Assembly: GCA_043812975.1 (NCBI GenBank) | Contig: JBDRLP010000030.1 | Coordinates: 1 to 10,648, forward strand | Source of the DNA: Candidatus Iainarchaeum sp. | Lineage (GTDB): Archaea > Iainarchaeota > Iainarchaeia > Iainarchaeales > Iainarchaeaceae | Direction of reading: 5' to 3' | Length of the DNA: 10,648 nt | Shown: positions 1 through 5,290 of the stretch, one piece after another | How the letters are laid out: the number at the start of each line of letters is the position of its first letter | How positions within the stretch are numbered: the first letter of the stretch is position 1 | Position numbers and translations under genes: made by a program | Notes under the pieces: model-generated | Seen by the model: the letters and a program-made list of their open reading frames with translations, nothing else | Database searches by the model: none | Told to the model about the DNA's origin: nothing

Positions 1-16
1 TTCTTTTTTTCCTCAT
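1..16 (-). CDS. Possible 5' end of a divergent gene running off the window (MRKKR...)
   Basis: CAT at 14-16 gives ATG AGG AAA AAA AGA on the - strand, a basic N-terminus like that of a signal or anchor peptide, with TATA-like AT tracts upstream (35-80). Only 5 codons are visible. Confidence 0.35.
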
Positions 17-70
17 TTCAAGCTTTTTTAGACCTTAAAAATAGATACTTTTAAATACTTCTAAAGCAGC

Positions 71-80
71 TATATATAAA
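71..80. promoter_or_regulatory. Archaeal-type TATA box, potentially bidirectional
   Basis: TATATATAAA on + and TTTATATATA on -, matching the TTTAWAWA consensus, in a divergent intergenic region. Confidence 0.5.
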
Positions 81-98
81 GTGGAAATTTTTTTCCAC
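81..98. promoter_or_regulatory. Inverted repeat, candidate transcription-factor operator
   Basis: GTGGAAA-tttt-TTTCCAC has perfect 7-bp arms and directly abuts the TATA box. Confidence 0.5.
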
Positions 99-144
99 GT
101 GAGCCTAATCCCAATTTCTCACAGAATAAATCTTAGCAGGACTT

Positions 145-190
145 GGCCCTTCAAAAGAAGGGCTCGATTTCTTTTATTCTATTTATTTTC
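145..190 (+). terminator. GC-rich hairpin followed by a T-rich tract
   Basis: GCCCTTC(146-152)-AAAA-GAAGGGC(157-163) forms a 7-bp stem, extendable by G145:U164, followed by TTTCTTTTATTCTATTTATTTT. Confidence 0.5.
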
Positions 191-234
191 TAGCTTTGAT
201 TGCAATTCAGTCGCAATAATGCTTATGGTTAGAA

Positions 235-242
235 TTAAATAA
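235..242 (+). promoter_or_regulatory. Putative TATA box for a leaderless transcript of the 264 ORF
   Basis: TTAAATAA is centred ~26 nt upstream of ATG 264, and no Shine-Dalgarno precedes that ATG. Confidence 0.35.
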
Positions 243-263
243 TCGGATATAGTTACTTTTATT

Positions 264-968
264 ATGGGATTAATTAGAAAGAAAAAACACAAGCCGAATA
301 AAGCCGCTAGCAGAAGAATCCGAAGATTAGTTTCTGGTACACGCAGACTTGCGTTAAAACCAATAACTCTTCCGGTTAGGGCTATGGTAGGTACTTTGAG
401 GGTTGTTCCAGGTGCTGTTAGAGGAACATATAAGTATGTTTTGAGACCGCCTGGCAGAGCTATTTCTTTTACTGGTAGAAAAATTCTTTGGCCGTCTGCA
501 CAATTTGCAGGCAAAGAAATTATATGGCCGGCTTCAAGCGAAGTTGTTAGAACTGTTTGGGGTGCTGGAAAAGGGGTTGTAGGTGCAGGTTTTGAAGCCG
601 GAAAAGGTGTTGTTTCAACAATGTGGAAAACTCCTGCTGGAAGATGGGCTCTTGGGGGAGCGGCATTGTTTTTTGTTCCAGGAGTAGGGCAGTTGCTTTT
701 CTCAAAACTTGGGGCTGGTTTAGCAGTTGGATTATTAACAAAGAAGGGCTGGGAAGTAGCCAATGTAAAATGGCAGATGAAAGATGCTGAAGCAACAGGC
801 AGGCTTGGAAGATTATATTATGGTGTTAAAACAATTGGCGGTGACGAACTCACAGGAGAAGGAGGACAAAGATTCTTAGTTACTCTTGATCCAAAAACAG
901 GAGAGGTAAGTCATTCTCCATTTGATTCACCAGAAGCAGAATCCGAACCACTTCCATTGCCAACTTGA
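264..968 (+). CDS. Hypothetical basic, amphipathic membrane-associated protein (234 aa)
   Basis: ATG-started ORF with the same G/T-skewed codon style as its neighbours. It has 22 K/R and no D/E in the first 84 aa, quasi-repeats (ILWP/IIWP, GAGKGVV/EAGKGVV), a Gly-rich hydrophobic hairpin (WALGGAALFFVPGVGQLLFSKLGAGLAVGLL) and an acidic Pro-rich tail. Confidence 0.8.
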   Translation: MGLIRKKKHKPNKAASRRIRRLVSGTRRLALKPITLPVRAMVGTLRVVPGAVRGTYKYVLRPPGRAISFTGRKILWPSAQFAGKEIIWPASSEVVRTVWGAGKGVVGAGFEAGKGVVSTMWKTPAGRWALGGAALFFVPGVGQLLFSKLGAGLAVGLLTKKGWEVANVKWQMKDAEATGRLGRLYYGVKTIGGDELTGEGGQRFLVTLDPKTGEVSHSPFDSPEAESEPLPLPT

Positions 969-994
969 TATTAATCCCTGAAAACCCAGCGCAA

Positions 995-1075
995 CCTTAT
1001 TATATAACTTTTTTATTATATATAGTTAATATATCAGTTATTTGATAATTTGATATAATCAATATATATTGGTGC
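995..1075 (+). promoter_or_regulatory. Operon promoter region with tandem TATA-like boxes and a GGTG ribosome-binding site
   Basis: TTATTATATA at 997-1006 and 1013-1022, ATTTGATA tandem at 1040-1055, palindrome CAATATATATTG at 1060-1071, and GGTG at 1071-1074, 6 nt before ATG 1081. Confidence 0.5.
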
Positions 1076-1080
1076 TTTTC

Positions 1081-1683
1081 ATGTCACAGACCAGAACAAT
1101 TGGTTTAGTAGTAATTGCAGTCATAATCCTTGCCGGAGCGTATTTTTTCTTAGGTTTTGATGGGTCTGATTTTGAAGAAGCAAGAGAAGAAATAAATGAA
1201 GTATGGGTTGCGGAAGGTATTAATATTGAAAAAATAGATTTTGATACTTCTGAACAACTTTCTCTAACTAATAATGAACTTGCAGAAATGAAAATCAAGA
1301 TTAATAGGATTAAAAGTAAATACTCTTCTTCTGATGATTCTGAAGCAATAAGTGCTTTTGTAGAAGTGCACTTGAGTTCAGTGCAGATTATTGAAAATAT
1401 TAATTTATTTGTAGAAGCAAGTTATGATTTTGATATTGATACAACAGATGGTGAATCGTTATGTGTAGTTTCCCTTTCTTCCTTTGATGATTTGACTTCT
1501 CTTGGAGATTCAACTGTTTCCAATATAAAAAACCATAATGAAAAAATAACTAGCTTTTCAAGAAATTATTCTAAGGATTATTCAATCAGTGTTTCAAATC
1601 TTTTTATTGAACAAGAATCTTTTGAAGTATCTTTAAAAAATTTAAAAAGCACTAGGAAAAACATTGAGGAGTTGTGTGAATGA
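1081..1683 (+). CDS. A1: N-terminally membrane-anchored acidic helical protein (200 aa), paralog of 4635-5285
   Basis: ATG 1081 with a GGTG SD is preferred over the track's TTG 1069. One TM segment (IGLVVIAVIILAGAYFFL) precedes amphipathic helices and two Cys (SLCVV, terminal EELCE). The stop overlaps the next start (ATGA). Confidence 0.9.
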   Translation: MSQTRTIGLVVIAVIILAGAYFFLGFDGSDFEEAREEINEVWVAEGINIEKIDFDTSEQLSLTNNELAEMKIKINRIKSKYSSSDDSEAISAFVEVHLSSVQIIENINLFVEASYDFDIDTTDGESLCVVSLSSFDDLTSLGDSTVSNIKNHNEKITSFSRNYSKDYSISVSNLFIEQESFEVSLKNLKSTRKNIEELCE

Positions 1684-4622
1684 TAAAAAAAGTTTTTGTG
1701 CTGATTTTTATTCTTTTGATGCTGGCAAATTTTTCTTTTGCTGAAAGGCCTAATCAGGAAGTTTTGAAAAAAATAGATGTTTATAACAGGCCTGGACTTG
1801 CAAAGGACGACTTTATTTTTGTTTTTGAAATTCAGGCTTATATAGATGAGACTGAAACAGGCAATATTTATTTCCTTGATCTTGATGAGGAAAGAGATGA
1901 AGGAATATGGGCAAATGTAAAAGAAATTCTTGAGGATAATTCCGTTGAATCTCCTAGTGATTTGAGAGATCTTTCTTTTGAACAGCATAAAATTAATTTT
2001 GGAAAGTTGGATTTTGAAATTTTAGATAGGGAAAGTGACGGAGATCTTGATGTTCTTTATGAGTTTGACGGAGACAACATTGATTGCTTTAGCCTTTGGG
2101 GTTACGCTGCTTTTAACTTGTATACAACAAAATTCTCTTATTGTGATGATAAGGAAATTCCAGATAATAAAGGTCTGGCAATGGCAAAGCACACCAAAAT
2201 GACAAGTTACACCGGTACTGAAACATTTACTGTTGTTTATGGTACTAAATCAAAAGTAGAAAAGCTTGAAGGAAAAGATTTATCTGAGATTACAACTATT
2301 CTTACCGGGCCTCAACTTGGTTTAAAAAAACTTGAAAAAAAACCAGATCCAGCTCCAGCTCCAGGATTGATAGAAAGGGGTACTGGAGCTGCTTCCGATG
2401 CCGGAGCTTTTGTTGTTGGTGCTGCTGGTGATATAAAAGATTCTGTAGTAAACCGTTATTATGATTGGAAATATGGTCCTACTAATTTTTCATGGGACAA
2501 TCCTGATGAGAAAGATACTATTCTTCTTTCATGGGAACCAATTAGTAATGACGCGGTAAAAGGTTATGTGGTAAAGAGAGAGGATATTTCGAAAGCCCCT
2601 ACAGAAATTAAGTATTATGGTGTTGAGTCAACCAAAAATCTTTACATCTTAAATTCCGGGGAATTTGAGCAGGATGTAATTTATGACTTTACTCTTTTTT
2701 CCTCTATTGTTAATCTTCCAGGAACAGGAGAACTTCCTGAAGCAGCAATTCGCAGTTTAGGTGAAGATCTTAAACAAGGAAAGCCCCAAGTAAGAGTTAA
2801 GGTTACTTCTGAGGAAACAGATGTTGTTCTTGAAAATTTGAAAATTAGGGTGATTGTTGAAGGAAACACCTATATTCCGGATGCTGCTACTAGAGAAATA
2901 TATTTGCCGTATAAAGAGAATATTGCTGTCAGCTTTGAAAATCCAATGGATGGAGTTCCTTATACTATTTCTAAAGAAGATTGCAGGTCAGCTTCAGTTG
3001 GGCCTTCAAGTGCAAAAGTTCTTTTTGTTAACGAATTAACTTCAGATGGCCAGACTTTTTATGCATGTCAGGATAAAGCAAACTTAGTAAACCCTTCTAA
3101 TGCAGGGCTTCAAATAGTTGGTGGAGGTGCAATTCCTGATGGAAAGATTTATTCTGCAACAGATCCTTCTCCTGAGTTTGCATCAGTTGCTTTAAAATTC
3201 AAGCCGCCGATAAGCCACAAACAGCCTTTGTTTGTGAATGAACAACTTCTTAAAGTTGAATTGGAAAACATTAATCCATTGAAAAATATTTTCTTTTCCT
3301 CAGGAAAAACCTGTGAAGTAATCAGACAGGAACTGGATGAAGCATCTATAAAAGCCATTGATGCGAAAAGAAGAGAAACTAGTGCTGATAGAAAAACAAG
3401 GTGGGAGAAGGCGCAGGAAACACTTTCAGCAGGGGTCTCTGTAGTTGGCAATTTCCTTGATTCTGGTTTGGATTGGTTCCATAGAGAAGCGGTTTTATTG
3501 GGTGAAGAAGCTGAAACCGCTACTGTTGGAGAAATACTAGGTTCGAGAGCTGGAAGATCAGGAGCTTTTGTTGTTATAAGTGGAGAGGCTTTTTGGGATA
3601 AGCTGAAGCAAGGGTATGATGCTGCTTTGGATAGTTATGAAGAGGCAAAAGTTGCTGCAAAGGAAAGTTATGCTAACTCGAAAGTTGAGATTCCTGACGA
3701 TGCAATTCCTCTTCCTTTTGATATTTCGATTGAAAAAGTTTATACTCTTGCTCCAAAAGTTTTCAAAGATAGAACAATTTTTTACTTTGGAAAAGTTGAC
3801 GGAACTCCAGTGAAAGCATTAGTTGAGGCTGATACAATTCCTACGATTCATGTTTGTCAGTTTGATGCAGGCTCAATAATTACTATTGAACAGCTTGCAA
3901 TTTTAATAAATCAATCAACATTAGGTTCGGTTGAGACCGATTCTGGCTCTTCTGAACCTGGCTCTCCGAAACTTGATAGCCTCAAAATAAAAAAGGACGG
4001 TGCTTGGGAAGAATATTTAACCAGTCCGCCAAAAGACAGGTGGCTTAACACTTTCGATTACAATCCTAACGATGAAATTTCAGTGCAATTCAAATCAGGG
4101 GATGATTCAAGTGAGATTTATCAGTGGACTCTTGAATTATGGAAACAAAAACCCAGTTCAGTTGAGGAATGTGATGGTGATAAAGAATGTGTTAGGGTTC
4201 AGGTTGAATCTGGAGGCCTAATTGATTCTGCCGGCAAAAAAATAAAGCTCACTAATGCTGATGGTACTCAAATAACAGGGGATGCTCGTAGTACTCTTTT
4301 GGCAACTGCTTCTCCGCACAGCCAGCCAATTCAAAGTGCATTTGTTTTCAAGGGAGACGAACCTGCATGGTATAAGAACAAAAATACTAATCTTAAAGAA
4401 GCAATTGGGGATGCAAAAACTGTTTGGTTAAGGGTTGAGACCTGTCGTTTGCCTGGAGGAGAGGCTGAGTGTAAAAATAATTGGTTGGACTCAACAGCTT
4501 ATGAAATTACTATAGGAGAACCTGAGGAAGAACCAGAACCAGTAATTACAGGATGTAAAACAGTTGCTGAGTGTAAAGCAATATTAGATTTAAAGTTGAT
4601 TAAACAGGTGTTTGGAAAATAA
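1680..4622 (+). CDS. B1: large secreted multidomain surface protein (980 aa) with an FN3-like domain and a C-terminal domain shared with B2
   Basis: Signal peptide MIKKVFVLIFILLMLANFSFA and SD GAGGAG at 1666-1671. FN3-like pattern PTNFSW...TILLSWEP...VKGYVVKR...IYDFTLFS (~2478-2703). aa ~763-980 align by eye with B2 aa ~362-568. The protein ends in GCKTVAECKAILDLKLIKQVFGK. Confidence 0.92.
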   Translation: MIKKVFVLIFILLMLANFSFAERPNQEVLKKIDVYNRPGLAKDDFIFVFEIQAYIDETETGNIYFLDLDEERDEGIWANVKEILEDNSVESPSDLRDLSFEQHKINFGKLDFEILDRESDGDLDVLYEFDGDNIDCFSLWGYAAFNLYTTKFSYCDDKEIPDNKGLAMAKHTKMTSYTGTETFTVVYGTKSKVEKLEGKDLSEITTILTGPQLGLKKLEKKPDPAPAPGLIERGTGAASDAGAFVVGAAGDIKDSVVNRYYDWKYGPTNFSWDNPDEKDTILLSWEPISNDAVKGYVVKREDISKAPTEIKYYGVESTKNLYILNSGEFEQDVIYDFTLFSSIVNLPGTGELPEAAIRSLGEDLKQGKPQVRVKVTSEETDVVLENLKIRVIVEGNTYIPDAATREIYLPYKENIAVSFENPMDGVPYTISKEDCRSASVGPSSAKVLFVNELTSDGQTFYACQDKANLVNPSNAGLQIVGGGAIPDGKIYSATDPSPEFASVALKFKPPISHKQPLFVNEQLLKVELENINPLKNIFFSSGKTCEVIRQELDEASIKAIDAKRRETSADRKTRWEKAQETLSAGVSVVGNFLDSGLDWFHREAVLLGEEAETATVGEILGSRAGRSGAFVVISGEAFWDKLKQGYDAALDSYEEAKVAAKESYANSKVEIPDDAIPLPFDISIEKVYTLAPKVFKDRTIFYFGKVDGTPVKALVEADTIPTIHVCQFDAGSIITIEQLAILINQSTLGSVETDSGSSEPGSPKLDSLKIKKDGAWEEYLTSPPKDRWLNTFDYNPNDEISVQFKSGDDSSEIYQWTLELWKQKPSSVEECDGDKECVRVQVESGGLIDSAGKKIKLTNADGTQITGDARSTLLATASPHSQPIQSAFVFKGDEPAWYKNKNTNLKEAIGDAKTVWLRVETCRLPGGEAECKNNWLDSTAYEITIGEPEEEPEPVITGCKTVAECKAILDLKLIKQVFGK
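3966..4619 (+). repeat. Shared domain copy 1 (protein-level repeat, B1 C-terminus)
   Basis: Colinear motif matches with copy 2: PKLDSLK/PRLNYLK, KDRW/KDRY, DYNPND/DANPNE, QWTLELWK/QYTVELWK, RVQVESG/RIQVASG, VWLRVETC/VWLRIETC, WLDSTAY/WLDSEAY, GCKTVAECKAILDL/GCKTIAECKAILDL. Confidence 0.9.
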
Positions 4623-4634
4623 GGAGGTTTTTGT

Positions 4635-5285
4635 ATGGATAAGAGATTTAAAAATTTGGGAGTAATCATAGCAGTTATTGTTATTATTGCAGTGGTTTAT
4701 GTTTTTGTTCTTCCCGCTTTAGACTCAGGAGTTTCTGGAGGAATGAATTTCAAGGAAGGTGTAACAAAATTAAATCAAATTGTTGAGTCAAAAGGTGTTA
4801 CTATTGAAAGGTTTCAGGAGGGAAAACTTTTTTATTTGAATGATGATGGAACAGTCAAGGATAATTTTTCCGACCCGCAATTTTTGTCTCTAAAAAATTC
4901 TTTTGTTTCCTTCAAGGAAACTTTACCAGCACCAACTTCTTCAATCGATGCTAATGCTTTGAACCAGCTAACGGATCTTTACATTGAACAGATCGAATTA
5001 AACCAAAATAAAAAAAGTATTTTTGATGATTTTCTGGAAATTGATGCTAGCAAGGATTCTCCATGTTCTGTTGTTGTGGATTTGAGAGTTCTTAATGAAA
5101 AAAGAAAATCCTATGAGGCTGATTCGCATATCTTTTTTCTTGATACCTTGATTTTCCTCGGGGACTTTCAGGATTTGGACGGGATAGAACTTTATTACCT
5201 TGATTTTGATTCACAGCAAACATTAGATGAAATTGTCCAGTTGGATGAGGCAATCATTTTGCTTGAGGATTCTTGTCAGGGTTGA
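4635..5285 (+). CDS. A2: N-terminally membrane-anchored acidic helical protein (216 aa), paralog of A1
   Basis: SD GGAGGT at 4623-4628 and TM segment LGVIIAVIVIIAVVYVFVL. Shares the FxE....[IL]N.....G[IV]xIE pattern and two equivalently placed Cys (SPCSVV, terminal EDSCQG) with A1. Confidence 0.9.
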   Translation: MDKRFKNLGVIIAVIVIIAVVYVFVLPALDSGVSGGMNFKEGVTKLNQIVESKGVTIERFQEGKLFYLNDDGTVKDNFSDPQFLSLKNSFVSFKETLPAPTSSIDANALNQLTDLYIEQIELNQNKKSIFDDFLEIDASKDSPCSVVVDLRVLNEKRKSYEADSHIFFLDTLIFLGDFQDLDGIELYYLDFDSQQTLDEIVQLDEAIILLEDSCQG

Positions 5286-5290
5286 TTTGC

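Noticed and set aside
101..167. tRNA-like appearance (GAGCC...GGCTC ends, TTCAAA)
   Set aside because: No D-arm, anticodon arm or proper T-arm (no GTTCRA in a 5-bp stem), so it cannot fold as a cloverleaf.
309..359. Twin-arginine (Tat) signal-like SRRIRR / TRRLALK in the 234 aa protein
   Set aside because: No uncharged hydrophobic h-region or cleavage site follows, and RR pairs are expected in such an Arg-rich segment.
179..763. 194 aa - strand ORF (and 547-795)
   Set aside because: Antisense shadow of the 264-968 gene. Its Pro/Thr richness mirrors the Gly/Val codons on +, and it has no SD or recognisable motif.
1069..1080. ORF-track starts at TTG 1069 and TTG 5273
   Set aside because: ATG 1081 and GTG 5291 have correctly spaced SD-like motifs and give canonical signal or anchor N-termini.
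1806..1886. Weak similarity of B1 DDFIFVFEI...NIYFLDLD to B2 EDYTFVFSM...TVYIDID
   Set aside because: Short generic beta-strand pattern in acidic proteins, with no further colinear matches.
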